Shown piece by piece: positions 1 to 11,100 of a stretch of DNA of 64,000 bases (positions within the stretch are counted from its first letter, which is position 1; the number at the start of each line of letters is the position of its first letter). Under the pieces are notes generated by a model, which did not search any database, was not told the DNA's origin, and saw only the letters and a list, made by a program, of their open reading frames with translations. Source of the DNA: Candidatus Multivorans sp. (GTDB lineage Bacteria > Acidobacteriota > Thermoanaerobaculia > Multivoradales > Multivoraceae); NCBI GenBank assembly GCA_965247095.1, contig OZ251997.1:1920001-1984000 (forward strand), written 5' to 3'. Position numbers and translations under genes: made by a program.

Positions 1-2
1 AC

Positions 3-2243
3 GTCGACGGCCTCGGGGTCGGCCTTCCAGATGAAGGCACTCCCATTGGTGGGTCGATCGACCCCGACACCATCGCCGATTATCAGGTGCTCGGCGCCGG
101 CGCCCCGGCGGAGTACGGAAACATGACGGGAGTCGCAATCAACGTGGTCACCAAGTCGGGGACCAACACCCTCCAAGGGCGTCTGGCCTACAACGGTGAG
201 TGGCCCGGGACCACCGCCAGCGGTCCCAAGGTCGAGGACGGGTTCGGGGTGGAGCGCGGCTTCGAGAGAGACACCTATGAGAACTACTCCCTGTGGTCGA
301 GCGGGCCCATCAAGAAAGACAAGCTGTTCTACTTCCTCTCGATCGGGTTGAGGGACGATCTCATGAACAATCCCGGCCACACTCCTAGCATCGACATCCC
401 CGCCGGTCAGGCAGACCACTACAACCTCAAGGTCGATTGGTCGATCAACGCGTCGCATACGCTGACGGGCGCGTACCAGTGGGAAGAGGTTGCTAGACCG
501 AGCTTCTCAACGACAGGGGGTCGCATACTCGCCAACCCGAATTCCGTTGGCATCCTGCAGGCAAGCGGCCAGCCGTACGTCCGGTTCGGCTACACGGGTG
601 TTGTGGGTGCCGCCACCCTCTTCGAGGCCAACTGGTCGGACGTCTACGGCGTGTTCCATCACACCTCGGCGACCGGCAGTTTTGAATCGCCATTCATCGA
701 CTACAACACGTCTCCCCAGACTTCGTCGGGCGGGCTGGTTTATCCTTACATCTACCCAGTCTGGTGGTCTCGCGGCCACGCCAAGGTGACGCACTTCGCC
801 GACGATCTCGCCGGCAGCCACGAGTTCAAGTTCGGTGTCCAGTACAGCACCAGCGGTCAGAAGGCAGGGGCCGTCTTTCCCGGTTTCGGCGGCAAGTACT
901 ACTACAAGTACGGGGCCAATTACTATCTCTACGCCCGCGCCGTGCACTACTACGGCGCCAAAGCAGAGGCTGTCGGGATCTACGTCGACGACTCGTGGCG
1001 TGTGACCGACAGACTGACCCTGAACGTCGGAGTGCGCGCCGACCAGGACGGGGCTGATCTGCCCTCCTTTCCGATACTCGAGGAATACCTTTGTAACGAC
1101 ATCGAATGCGGCGTCACCGTTCCCGGAGAATTCACGCCCGAATACCCCGATGTCGTCGACTATGACAGCGTCGACCCGCGCCTCGGAATCGCCTACCGGG
1201 TCGGTGAGGGACGCAGGCAAGGGGTCCTGCGGGCGTCCGCCGGCAGGTATCACGAGTTCAACGCCACCTCCATGTGGCAACAACCGCACCCCGACCGGCC
1301 CCCCGCGCGCTTCGGCTCCAGCCCCAACCGGAACGGCCCATTCACTTACTTCGCCGAGATCACGGAGGAGGACTTCGGGCTACCGCGCAAGGACTTGAAG
1401 CGACCCCAGACGGACCAGTTCTTCGTCGGCTACGAGCAGCAGCTCGGGGACTACACCGTCGGCGTTCAGCTCGTCAAACATGACACGACGGATCTGATTG
1501 GCTGGCAGCTCGACGACGACGGCGTCTACGAGGACTTTGCCTACGTCAACCCCTTGACCGGCGAGACGATCATGCTCAAGAACATCATCGAGACGCCCAC
1601 CTCTCGAAAGGGCAATGCGCCCGGTGCGGACGCCAACGTCCCAGCGGGGACGAAGTACGAGCAGCATTACCAGGCCGCTTTCCTCACCTTCGCGAAGCGC
1701 CACACCGACGGCTGGTCGGTGAGCTCATCCCTCAGCTGGTCGGAGACGAAGGGATTCCAGGCTCAGTCAGCTAACCAGAACCAGGGGGGCACTTTCTACG
1801 TCGGTCTAGATGGCAAAGACCCGAACAACCATCTCTACGGTGGAGGGCTCGGACAGGCAGACCGGCCGTGGGTGTTTCGGACCCAGGCACAGGTCGACCT
1901 GCCCTGGCAGCTCAAGGCGGTAGCCAGCTTCAACTATCAGGACGGCAGACCGTACCGACATCTGGCGCGCGTGCGACTGAACCAGGGGAATGTCACGATT
2001 CCACTCGAGCCGCTGACCGGCGACCGCCGGATGCCTACCAACACCAACCTCGACCTTGGTCTCTCGCGTCGGTTCCTTGTCGGCGATCGGGTCGGGTTGG
2101 TCGTCGACCTCCAGGCGTTGAACGTCTTGAACGACGACACCTTCTACTACTGGGGGGGCTACGGGCGCTACCCCACTCCGCTCAGTCCCTCGCAGTACAC
2201 CTATCCGCGGCGGCTGGCGCTGCGGGTGGGTGTGGACTTCTAG
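3..2243 (+). CDS. TonB-dependent receptor (Oar-like/acidobacterial type), 5' end outside window
   Basis: Frame open from position 3; plug-end motif APAEYGNMTGVAINVVTKSG, YVDDSWRVTDRLTLNVGVR, C-terminal PRRLALRVGVDF ending in an aromatic residue. Confidence 0.9.
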   Translation, partial: VDGLGVGLPDEGTPIGGSIDPDTIADYQVLGAGAPAEYGNMTGVAINVVTKSGTNTLQGRLAYNGEWPGTTASGPKVEDGFGVERGFERDTYENYSLWSSGPIKKDKLFYFLSIGLRDDLMNNPGHTPSIDIPAGQADHYNLKVDWSINASHTLTGAYQWEEVARPSFSTTGGRILANPNSVGILQASGQPYVRFGYTGVVGAATLFEANWSDVYGVFHHTSATGSFESPFIDYNTSPQTSSGGLVYPYIYPVWWSRGHAKVTHFADDLAGSHEFKFGVQYSTSGQKAGAVFPGFGGKYYYKYGANYYLYARAVHYYGAKAEAVGIYVDDSWRVTDRLTLNVGVRADQDGADLPSFPILEEYLCNDIECGVTVPGEFTPEYPDVVDYDSVDPRLGIAYRVGEGRRQGVLRASAGRYHEFNATSMWQQPHPDRPPARFGSSPNRNGPFTYFAEITEEDFGLPRKDLKRPQTDQFFVGYEQQLGDYTVGVQLVKHDTTDLIGWQLDDDGVYEDFAYVNPLTGETIMLKNIIETPTSRKGNAPGADANVPAGTKYEQHYQAAFLTFAKRHTDGWSVSSSLSWSETKGFQAQSANQNQGGTFYVGLDGKDPNNHLYGGGLGQADRPWVFRTQAQVDLPWQLKAVASFNYQDGRPYRHLARVRLNQGNVTIPLEPLTGDRRMPTNTNLDLGLSRRFLVGDRVGLVVDLQALNVLNDDTFYYWGGYGRYPTPLSPSQYTYPRRLALRVGVDF

Positions 2244-2263
2244 GCATGAGAGGAGCACTGGAC

Positions 2264-2761
2264 ATGAGAGAGACACCCGATACCCGACACCTCGTCGATC
2301 GTCGTCGTCTGCTGGCAGCGACCTCGTTGGGGATCGCGGCGGCGGCCTTCGTCCCGCGGTCGGCGGGCGCCGCTTCGACGGCGGACGAGGAGGCGAATCG
2401 ACAGACTACGCGCGACTTCACCAAGGCGATGGAGACGGGCGACTGGGATCGGGTCTCGAGCCTCCTCGCCGAGGACGCCCGGTTCATTACCCACGCGGCC
2501 AGCGGGGAGTGGGCCCGCAAAGAGGTGGAGGGCCGAACGGCGATCATGGAGACCATGGAGTCGTGCTGCTTTGACAACACGGATATGACCCTAATGATCA
2601 CGCGCGAAGAGGCGCTCGGACACGTGGTCATCCACCAGCGTGACGACAACTGGACCGACGCCCATGGCAGTCCTATGTCGATGCCCAACACCAGTATGTT
2701 CCTCGTCCACCAGGGCAAGGTCCAAGTTTGGTTCGAGCTTATCGGCGAACTCCCAGCCTAG
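2264..2761 (+). CDS. Tat-exported SnoaL/NTF2-like protein (limonene epoxide hydrolase-like)
   Basis: AGGAG RBS at 2251, ATG 2264; DRRRLL twin-arginine signal; NTF2-like body with VIHQRDD...FLVHQGKVQVWFE. Confidence 0.7.
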   Translation: MRETPDTRHLVDRRRLLAATSLGIAAAAFVPRSAGAASTADEEANRQTTRDFTKAMETGDWDRVSSLLAEDARFITHAASGEWARKEVEGRTAIMETMESCCFDNTDMTLMITREEALGHVVIHQRDDNWTDAHGSPMSMPNTSMFLVHQGKVQVWFELIGELPA

Positions 2762-2767
2762 CAGCCC

Positions 2768-3421
2768 GTGGTGGAAGTCGGTTCGGCCGGCACTCTCGCC
2801 GCCTTCCTCTGGATCGCCATCGGTCTCGCGATGCGCGCACTAGTCGTCGGCGGCGACCACCCGGAGCTGGGCCAGCCCGACGACGCCGCCTACGCTTTCC
2901 TCCAGACCTACGCTCATCCCATCCTGGCGGGGATCGTCTTCGCGGGCCTCTTCGCTGCGATCATGTCGACGGCCGACGGATTCCTGAATATCGGCGCCGC
3001 CGCCCTGATTCACGACATTCCGAAGGCCCTCACCGGCAAGCCGCTCCAGCGCGAGCTGTTCTGGGCACGCACCGCCACTCTGCTCCTCGCCGTCGGCGCG
3101 GCGCTCTTCGTGAGCTTCTCCAAGGAGGACCTCGTCGCACTGCTCGGGACCTTCGGCTGGGGCACCTTCGCCGCGGCACTTGTGCCCACGCTGGCCATCG
3201 GCTTCAACTGGAAGCGCGCGAGTGCGCTCGCCGCCAACGTCGCCATCATCTCCAGCCTCGCTCTGAACTTCATCATAGAGATCGCCGCCATCGAAGTGCC
3301 GCACGGCATCCACGGCGGCACCATCTCGCTGATTCTCTCCTCGAGCTTGTTCTTCGGAATCTCGCTCATCACCAAACCACGGAAGCTGCCCGAGAACGTC
3401 GAAGCGATCCTGGATCTCTGA
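2768..3421 (+). pseudogene. C-terminal fragment of a sodium:solute symporter (PutP/PanF-like)
   Basis: LAGIVFAGLFAAIMSTADG SSS motif and C-terminal TM helices, but only ~217 aa; the N-terminal half is absent. Confidence 0.75.
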
Positions 3422-3472
3422 GGGACCTCACTGCGCATGGCTCCGTCCCTACCAGTTCAAGTCCCCTTGGAC

Positions 3473-3498
3473 GGCGGCCCCCGAAGGGACCGGCCGCC
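3473..3498. terminator. GC-rich hairpin between convergent genes (possible terminator)
   Basis: ggcggcc...ggccgcc stem; no clear U-tract. Confidence 0.35.
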
Positions 3499-3516
3499 AA
3501 ACCGCTGAGGCCCGCC

Positions 3517-3586
3517 GAACCCGGTTGGCGCGTCCTCGCGCCAACCGCGAACCAGTCCCCGCGCCCGTCACCGGGCGCGGGGATGG
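3517..3586 (+). repeat. GAAC double-hairpin dispersed repeat, copy 1
   Basis: GAACccggttggcgcg-tcct-cgcgccaaccgc-GAACcagtccccgcgcccg-tcac-cgggcgcggggatgg; homologous to copies at 25734, 26828 and 34509. Confidence 0.85.
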
Positions 3587-3616
3587 AACGTGTGCGGCGG
3601 ACCGATCTGACGAGGC

Positions 3617-5356
3617 CTATTCGCCGCCGCCCGCCGAAATCATCAGCACGGAGCCCTGACGGTGCTCGGCGTGACGCGAGGGAGCGTTCGAGTTCGTGGT
3701 CCAGGCGTTGCCAGCCTCATCGAACTCGATCTCGCGGGTGTAGGTGACCTGCATCGGCATCCGGTACTCGACGAACTTCTCGGTCTTCGGATCGAAGCGC
3801 AGCATCGAGTCGCTGCCGGTGCCGGTGATCCAGATCTCCCCGTTCACCGGGTTGATGTTCAGCGCGTAGGGCATCGAGTTCGGGCCGTGCGGCAGGTCGT
3901 AGACCTTCCACTCTTCCGTCTCCTCGTTGAACGACGCGATGTCGCCCGAAGCCCAGCCGGGCACCCAGACGATGCCGTCGGGGGCCACGTGCAGGCGGCG
4001 CGGACCGTGGACCGGCGGCTTCCACTCGACGATCAGCTCGGGATCGTCGGCGTCGAGCTCCGGACGGATGCGGCCGACCCGCTGGCCGTTCAGCTTGCTG
4101 TAGAAAACGTGGCCGTTCGGCGCCACGTCGATGCCGTAGGGGGTCACGCCGCGCGACTCGCCGCGGGCGCCGCCGCCGCGGACCTGATCGGCCGCCGGCA
4201 GCTTGTACTCGGTGACTTCCCAGCGCTCGCCGTCCCAGGTCTCCGGATCGAGCGAGAGAACGCCGACGCCGCTCGGGTTACCGGCGTCGGTCCACCACAG
4301 AATGCCGTTCGGCGCGAAACGCAGGGTATGCGGATAGCCGCCGCGGGGACGCGGAGCGGCGCGACCGGGTCCGACCCGCCATTCCTTCGTCTCGACATCG
4401 AACTCGGCCATTCGACCCGAGTAGGCCAGGGTGGCCCACATGTTTCCGTCCTGGGCCTTCTCGATCGAGTGGATGCCGGTCGTGATGCTGGATGGCGACA
4501 GGTAGTCCTTGCCGCCGGGCACGGTGTAGAAGGCGCGCTCGCCGGTCACCGGATCGAGCGTCTCGATCACGTCCTGGGCCATGTCGACGGTGTAGACGAG
4601 GCCGTCGTCGCCGAGTTCGAGATCGTGGATCACGGCGCCGGACTGGTCGCCCATCAGCCACTCGCGAACCTCGCCCTTGAGGGCCTCGCCCTTCGGCGGC
4701 TCCGGCGGCACGAACTCCGGCCACTCTTCCTCGGCCTCACGGCTGTAGACGCTGACGATCTTGTCGACCAGAACGTCCTGGGTGTGCTTGTACAGACCCT
4801 GGAAGCCGTCCATCCGCGTGAGCATGACCTCCCAGTCCACCGGCTCCTCGGGCGAACGGAAACCGACCGTCCCGACCTGGTGGCAGTAGGTGCACATCAT
4901 CCTGAAGTTCAGGGCGTCCTTCTCGTCTTCCCACTCCAGCATGTTCATCAGGTCGTGGCCGGGGCGCTGCGACTGCAGGGCCCAACCCTCGGCCGCACGC
5001 AGGCGAACCTGGATCGGGGTCGGCTCGGTGGTCTCCTTGAGATCCTTCCACTCGTCGAGCCAGCCCATCAGGCGGACTCGGAGCTTGTACTTGCCGGCGG
5101 GAACGGCGGGCAGCTTGTAGGCGCCGTCCGGCTGGCTGTAGACCGAGATGCTCCTCTGTTCATCGGTCGAGAACAGCGACACGGTGGCGCCGCGGACCGG
5201 CTGGCCGTCGTTGCCGACGACGGTGCCGGTGTAGACGGTGAGCGGCGCGTCGAGCGCGTTGTTGGGAGCGGCCGCGGCAGTCGCCGAAGCGGCGAGCGCG
5301 AGGACGGCGAAGCTGGCGAGCGTGACCAGCGTCGGAGACGGACTGAGTCGAGACAT
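3617..5356 (-). CDS. Secreted protein: carboxypeptidase-regulatory-like domain + c-type cytochrome + Vgb/SMP-30-like beta-propeller
   Basis: Signal peptide; GTVVGNDGQPVRGATVSL; CTYCH heme motif; repeated propeller blades (PYGIDVAPNGHVF, PRRLHVAPDGIVW). Confidence 0.8.
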   Translation of the reverse strand: MSRLSPSPTLVTLASFAVLALAASATAAAAPNNALDAPLTVYTGTVVGNDGQPVRGATVSLFSTDEQRSISVYSQPDGAYKLPAVPAGKYKLRVRLMGWLDEWKDLKETTEPTPIQVRLRAAEGWALQSQRPGHDLMNMLEWEDEKDALNFRMMCTYCHQVGTVGFRSPEEPVDWEVMLTRMDGFQGLYKHTQDVLVDKIVSVYSREAEEEWPEFVPPEPPKGEALKGEVREWLMGDQSGAVIHDLELGDDGLVYTVDMAQDVIETLDPVTGERAFYTVPGGKDYLSPSSITTGIHSIEKAQDGNMWATLAYSGRMAEFDVETKEWRVGPGRAAPRPRGGYPHTLRFAPNGILWWTDAGNPSGVGVLSLDPETWDGERWEVTEYKLPAADQVRGGGARGESRGVTPYGIDVAPNGHVFYSKLNGQRVGRIRPELDADDPELIVEWKPPVHGPRRLHVAPDGIVWVPGWASGDIASFNEETEEWKVYDLPHGPNSMPYALNINPVNGEIWITGTGSDSMLRFDPKTEKFVEYRMPMQVTYTREIEFDEAGNAWTTNSNAPSRHAEHRQGSVLMISAGGGE

Positions 5357-5474
5357 GGGACCTCCTGTGCCTGCTAGGGAGTGTCTTGGGGTGTAGTTAA
5401 GCTGGGACTATACAGCAACACTTCAGCCCGTGAGCGACCTCCGCCGGCTCGCCCCCGCGGGATAACCTCCGCCG

Positions 5475-6917
5475 ATGCAGGAGCGACCCGGGGCCGATCG
5501 GCTGGACCGTTTCGTCGCCAATCCGCGGCGTGCGTTGTGGCTGCTGGCGATGCCGATCCTGATCGGCATGTCGATCCAGACGCTCTACATGATCGTCGAC
5601 ATGTTCTTCGTCGGCCGGGTGAGTCCGGAGGCGTTGACGGCCCTCGCCTTCAACATGCCGCTGGTGTTCCTGGCGATGGGCGTGACCTTCGGCCTCGGCA
5701 CCGGCATCACCGCGGTCATCGCGCAGGCGATCGGCGCGCGCGACCGGGTGCGCGCCGACTGCGCGGCCGAGCACGCCGTTCTGATCGGCGCCCTGGTCGC
5801 CGCGTTGACCACGGGCTCGGCGCTCGGCTTCGGCGTACCACTGCTCCACGCGCTCGGGGTCCCCGCCGAACTCGTGCCCCAAGCCTGGAGCTACTTCCGG
5901 GTACTCGCCTGCGGCTATCCCTTCATGGTGCTGGCGGTCTTCTTCCGCTCGATCCTCTCGGGCGAGGGCAACGTGAAGACCCCGGTCATGATCCAGGGCG
6001 CGGCCACGCTGCTCAACATCGCTCTCGACCCGCTGTTCATCTTCACGTTCGGAATGGGCGTCGCCGGCGCGGCGTTGGCCACGATCGTGAGCCAGGCGGT
6101 CGCGGCTCTGGCCTTCATCTACCTTCTCTTCGTCGCCAAGCTCTCCTACGTCCGCTTCGACCTCCGCAACTTCCACTACGACCCCTCCATCGCGCGCAGC
6201 ATCTGTGTCATCGGCCTGCCGGCATCACTGTCCTTCCTGGTCATGTCGATGGGCGGCGGCGTGTTGAACCGGATCCTGGTCGAGCACACGCCCGACGCTG
6301 TGGCCGCGCTCCAGATCGGCAGCCGCCTCGACCATGTCGTCATCCTGCCCCAGGTCGCGGTCGCCTCCGGCCTGGTGACCCTGGTCGGCATGTTCTACGG
6401 CGCCCGCCGCGGCGACCTGCTGCGGGAGATCATCACCTACGCGATGCTGCGGACGATCCTGCTCAGCATCGCTATCGCCGCCGCGTTCTACGTCCTGGCG
6501 CCCGGCCTCGTCGCCTTTTTCACCGACAGCCCGGGCATTCGCAGCCTGGGTGTCGGCTACCTGCGCGTGGTGGTGTTCGCGTATCCGTTCATCGGCATCT
6601 CGATCCTCACCGGGCGTACGCTGCAGGGCCTGGGCCGCGGCTCCCCGGAACTCTGGCTGTCCCTGCTGCGGGTGATCCTGATCAGCGCGCCGCTCGCCTG
6701 GGCGGTGACCTTCTGGCTGCGCTTGCCGGTCCAGTGGGTCTGGTACTCATCGCTCATCGGCACCGTGATTTCTGCCTCGATCGCGCTCCTGTGGCTCACG
6801 ATCGGCGTGCGCACCGCGATCAACACCTTCGGCAGCGGCGCACCGCCCCTCGGCGACCGGCCCGGCGCCGCCGAGCTAGCGGTCGATGCGACAGCCGAGG
6901 CCGCGGAACCGGCATGA
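5475..6917 (+). CDS. MATE family efflux transporter
   Basis: LAMPILIGMSIQTLYMIVDMFFVG and LNIALDPLFIF..GMGVAGAALAT motifs; ~12 TM segments. Confidence 0.92.
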   Translation: MQERPGADRLDRFVANPRRALWLLAMPILIGMSIQTLYMIVDMFFVGRVSPEALTALAFNMPLVFLAMGVTFGLGTGITAVIAQAIGARDRVRADCAAEHAVLIGALVAALTTGSALGFGVPLLHALGVPAELVPQAWSYFRVLACGYPFMVLAVFFRSILSGEGNVKTPVMIQGAATLLNIALDPLFIFTFGMGVAGAALATIVSQAVAALAFIYLLFVAKLSYVRFDLRNFHYDPSIARSICVIGLPASLSFLVMSMGGGVLNRILVEHTPDAVAALQIGSRLDHVVILPQVAVASGLVTLVGMFYGARRGDLLREIITYAMLRTILLSIAIAAAFYVLAPGLVAFFTDSPGIRSLGVGYLRVVVFAYPFIGISILTGRTLQGLGRGSPELWLSLLRVILISAPLAWAVTFWLRLPVQWVWYSSLIGTVISASIALLWLTIGVRTAINTFGSGAPPLGDRPGAAELAVDATAEAAEPA

Positions 6918-7546
6918 GCCGCTGGGCGTTCGGCGCCGTCGCCATCCTGTGCGCGACCGTGGCCACAGTACCCGCCGGCGGCCAGGAGTGCCCCGGACCT
7001 GAAACCCACGCCCTGTTCCCTCAGGACATCTACGTCCTGCGCGGCTTCGTTACCGAGGTGGCCGCGCTACCGGCGGAAGACGACGGCGCCTACCAGCTCG
7101 AGGTCCAGGTCGAAGGCTCGGTCCACCTGCCCAGACCCCGGTCGCGCTACGTGATTACCGTCGAGATCACCGGGGAAGACTGCTCGGTGCGGCCGATGAC
7201 CGCGCCGGAACTGCGCGACCGCTTCGCCGTCTCAGACGAAGTGAAGATCGTGGCCCATGCAGTGCCCGGTTCGCAGCGCTCTCTCGTGGCGCCCTACGAG
7301 CGCGTCGCCCTGGTCATGGCCGAGGCCGGTCAGCGCGGCTTCATCAAGAACGACTTCGACTACTACGACGCACTGCTGGAACTGGACGCCCGCTTCCACG
7401 ACAACAACAAGTTCTCCCTGCTCTCCCAGATGGGCCGCTACCTGGACTCCCAGGACGACTTCAAGCGCCTGCTCGAGGAACAGATCCAGCAGCGCCGTCT
7501 CAGACGCCAGTTGCTCAATCTCTACGACGTGCTGAGAGAACAGTAG
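6914..7546 (+). CDS. Hypothetical exported protein
   Basis: ATGA overlap with the MATE stop; signal-peptide-like N-terminus MSRWAFGAVAILCATVATVPAGG; coding-like codon usage. Confidence 0.7.
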   Translation: MSRWAFGAVAILCATVATVPAGGQECPGPETHALFPQDIYVLRGFVTEVAALPAEDDGAYQLEVQVEGSVHLPRPRSRYVITVEITGEDCSVRPMTAPELRDRFAVSDEVKIVAHAVPGSQRSLVAPYERVALVMAEAGQRGFIKNDFDYYDALLELDARFHDNNKFSLLSQMGRYLDSQDDFKRLLEEQIQQRRLRRQLLNLYDVLREQ

Positions 7547-7564
7547 GAGCCTGCGCGGCCGCTG

Positions 7565-8059
7565 CTACGAGCCGGCCAGGTCGCGCTCCATCACCTCGAA
7601 GTAGCAGGGGCGTAGCAGTCTCCGCGCCGGCGGCGGGTTCACCGCTTCGAAGGGTTCGGTACGCACCACGCGATAGCCGAGACGGCGATACCAGGCCGAC
7701 AGTTCAGGCCGCACGCTGAGCACCCAGAGCTCGCAGACGCCGCAGCCCGCCTCGCGCAGCCAGTTCTCGGCCGCCGTCATCAGTCTTCGGCCCAGACCGA
7801 GGCTCTGCTGCGACCGCGCGACCGACACCAGGCCGAGATAGCCGGTCTCGCCTCGCACCTCGACATAGACGCAGCCCGCCAGGCCGCCCGCTTCGGCGTC
7901 GCACACGAGGAACCAGCCGCGCTTGAGCCGCTCCCTCACCTCCGGGAGCCCGATCCGGTCGCCGGAGAGCGTGTCCGCCTCGATCATGAAGGCGTCGTTG
8001 ACGAGGGTCACGATCTCCGAGGCATCGGCGACCGTGGCGGTGCGGCAGGTGGTGGCCAT
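7565..8059 (-). CDS. GNAT family N-acetyltransferase
   Basis: VSVARSQQSLGLGRRLM acetyl-CoA motif A; WYRRLGY. Confidence 0.9.
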   Translation of the reverse strand: MATTCRTATVADASEIVTLVNDAFMIEADTLSGDRIGLPEVRERLKRGWFLVCDAEAGGLAGCVYVEVRGETGYLGLVSVARSQQSLGLGRRLMTAAENWLREAGCGVCELWVLSVRPELSAWYRRLGYRVVRTEPFEAVNPPPARRLLRPCYFEVMERDLAGS

Positions 8060-8164
8060 GGAACCGGATTCAAGTTCGGACGGGCTGGCCCGCCACAAGC
8101 AGCCGGAGATTCTAGCGCCGCCCCTGTATCCTCCCGTTCTTCCTCAAACCAACGGGGTCAGTCC

Positions 8165-11100
8165 ATGCCGCAACTCGAACGCGTCCTGATCAGCAACCGC
8201 GGCGAGATCGCCATCCGCATCGTCAAGGCCGCCTCGGCGCTGGGCATGGAATCGGTGAGCGTCTATCCAGCCGCCGACTCGCTGTCGCTCCACACCCGCC
8301 TCGCGACATCGGCCGTCGAGATCGGAAACGGCGTTCCCGACGATCCTGTGGCCGCCTATCTCGACGCGGAGGCGCTGGTGGCGGCGGCCCACGGGAGCGG
8401 CTGCGACTGCGTCCACCCCGGCTACGGGTTCCTGGCCGAGAACGCCGGATTCGCCGAGCGGTGCGCCGATGCCGGACTGGTCTTCGTGGGACCGCCGCCG
8501 GCGGCGCTCTCGCTGTTCGGCGACAAGGTGCGCTCCCGCCAGCTCGCGGCCTCTCTCGACATCCCGGTGGTTCCCGGCAGCGACGGCCCACTCGAGTCCC
8601 CGGCCGACGCGGTGGATCTGGCCGCCCTGCTCGGCTACCCGGTGATGCTGAAGGCGGCTGCCGGCGGAGGCGGCCGCGGCATGCGCAGAGTCGCGTCCGC
8701 CGGGGCGATGACCGAGGCGTTCGCCCGCTGCCGGAGCGAGGCCGAGGCCGCCTTCGGCAACGGCGCACTGTTCGTCGAGAAGCTCATCGAGCGCCCGCGC
8801 CACATCGAAGTCCAGGTTCTCGCCGATGGGGACGGCAACGTCGTCCACCTGCACGAGCGGGACTGCTCGGTCCAGTTGCGCAACCAGAAGGTGATCGAGA
8901 CGGCGCCGGCGCCGGGCCTCGACGCCGACCTGCGGGACCGCATCCTCGCCGACGCGGTCAAGCTGGTCGCGGCTGCCGGCTACGCGAACGCCGGCACGGT
9001 CGAGTTCCTGGTCGTGCCCGAGACCGGCGAGCACTTCTTCATCGAGTGCAACGCGCGCATCCAGGTCGAACACACCGTCACCGAGCAGGTCACCGGCATC
9101 GACCTCGTCGAGGCCCAGTTCCGGATCGCCGCCGGCGCCACGCTCGCTGCCCTCGGTCTCGGTAGCCAGGGCGCGGTCGGCGCGCCGCGCGGCGCCGCCG
9201 TCCAGGCCCGGGTGGTCGCCCGCGGCGCGGGGACGCTGAGCGGCTACAAGGAGCCCACCGGCCCCGGCGTACGCGTCGACGGCTGCGGCTACGTCGGCTA
9301 CGCGCCGCCACCCCAGTTCGACCCGCTGCTCGCCAAGGTCATCGGGGCGAGTTCCTCGTCGTTCGCTTCCGGTCACGCCTCCTACGTCGCCGCGGTCGAC
9401 CGCCTTCTCCGGGCCCTGGACGAGTTCCATATCGGCGGTCTCGCCACCAACCTGAATCAACTGAAGGCGATCCTCGCCCACCCCGCGGTCCGCGCCGGCG
9501 ACGCACGGACCACGCTTCTCGGCGAACACCCGGACCTGCTCTCCCCCGCCGCCGACGCCGGCGGCAACGGCGCCCTGACCCTGCTGCGGCAGCAGGCGAC
9601 GCTGGCGGGCGTTTCCGTGGCGGGCGGCGCCGGCATGCAGCCCACCGCGAGGTCGACGGCCACGGAACTCCCGGTCGGACCAGGCCAGCAAGCCGTCGCC
9701 TGCCCCATGGCCGGATCGATCCTGGAGATCCGGGTCGCCGAGGGCGACCGCGTGGCCGCCGGCGAAGCGCTGCTAGTCGTCAGCGCGATGAAGATGGAGT
9801 CCCAGGTTGCCGCGCCGCTGAGCGGCACGGTGACGGCGCTCCAGCCGCTGACGGCCGGCGACACGGTCGAGGCGGGGCAGGTCGTCGCGGTCATCGCGCC
9901 CGCTGAGGGCGCGACAAGCGAGCCGCGGGCGGAGCACCGAGCCGACACTTGGGCGCCGCTGCTCGAGGATGTCGCCACGATGCAGGCCCTGGCGCACAAG
10001 CGGCTGGCGCCCGGCTCCGACGAGCGCGGCGTGGTGCGCCAGCGCAGCCGCGGCAAGTTGACCTGCCGGGAGCGCATCGACCTCCTGTTCGACGACGGCA
10101 GCTTCCACGAGATCGGAAGCATCGCGGGCTTTGCTTCGTACGACGAGAGCGGAGCGATCGTCGACTTCACGCCCGCCAACCACGTCGGCGGCTGGGGCCG
10201 AATCGAGAGCCGCACGGCCGTCGTCTGCGCCGACGACTTCACCTCCCGTGGCGGCCACGCGGACGGCGCGATCGGGGAGAAGAGCCGCCACCTCGACCGG
10301 CTGGCCCTGGAGATGCGGGTGCCCTCGGTCCGTCTGCTCGACGGCTCGTCCGGCGGCGGCAGCGTCGCCACGATGGTGCCGCAGCAAAGACAAGAGGGCG
10401 AAAGCAAGGCCAAGGAGAGCCGCGGCGCGATCAAGGCCGGCCGGCCCCGGGTCGCGGGCGGCGGCGGTTCCTTCCTGCCCGGCCACCTCGGCAGCACGAT
10501 GTACACGGAGCAACTGAGCACCGTGCCCGTCGTCAACCTGCTGCTCGGCAGCGTCGTCGGCATCGGCGCCGCCAAGGCCGTGCTCGGCCACTTCTCCGTC
10601 ATGGTGCGCGACATCGCGCAGTTGTTCGTCGCCGGACCTCCGGTCGTCCGCCCCGCGATGGGCTACGACATCACGAAGGAAGATCTCGGCGGCTGGCACA
10701 TCCACTGCCGCAACGGCTCGGTGGACAACCTCGCCGAGACCGAGGAGGAGGCGATGGCGCTCACCCGGCGCTTCCTGTCGTACCTGCCTTCCTCCGTCTT
10801 CGAGACGCCGCCGGTCGCGCCGCCCGATCCGAGCGACCCGACCGACCGCCGCGACGAGGAGCTGTTCAGCCTGATACCCCGCAAGCGCACCGCGACCTTC
10901 GACGTGCGCAGGGCGATCCGCCTGATGGCGGACAGGGACTCCTTCTTCGAGATCGGCCCGCTCTGGGGCACCGACCAGGTCACGGGTTTCGTGCGCATGA
11001 ACGGTCACCCGATGGGAGTCATCGCCTCCGACAGCCAGCACACCAACGGCGGCGCGCTCACCGCCGACGGCTGCCGCAAACTGACCCGCCACCTCGACCT

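Noticed and set aside
5381-6913. 721-aa ORF 5381-7546 as a single gene
   Set aside because: Its first ~510 codons overlap the MATE gene out of frame; only 6914-7546 looks like a real protein
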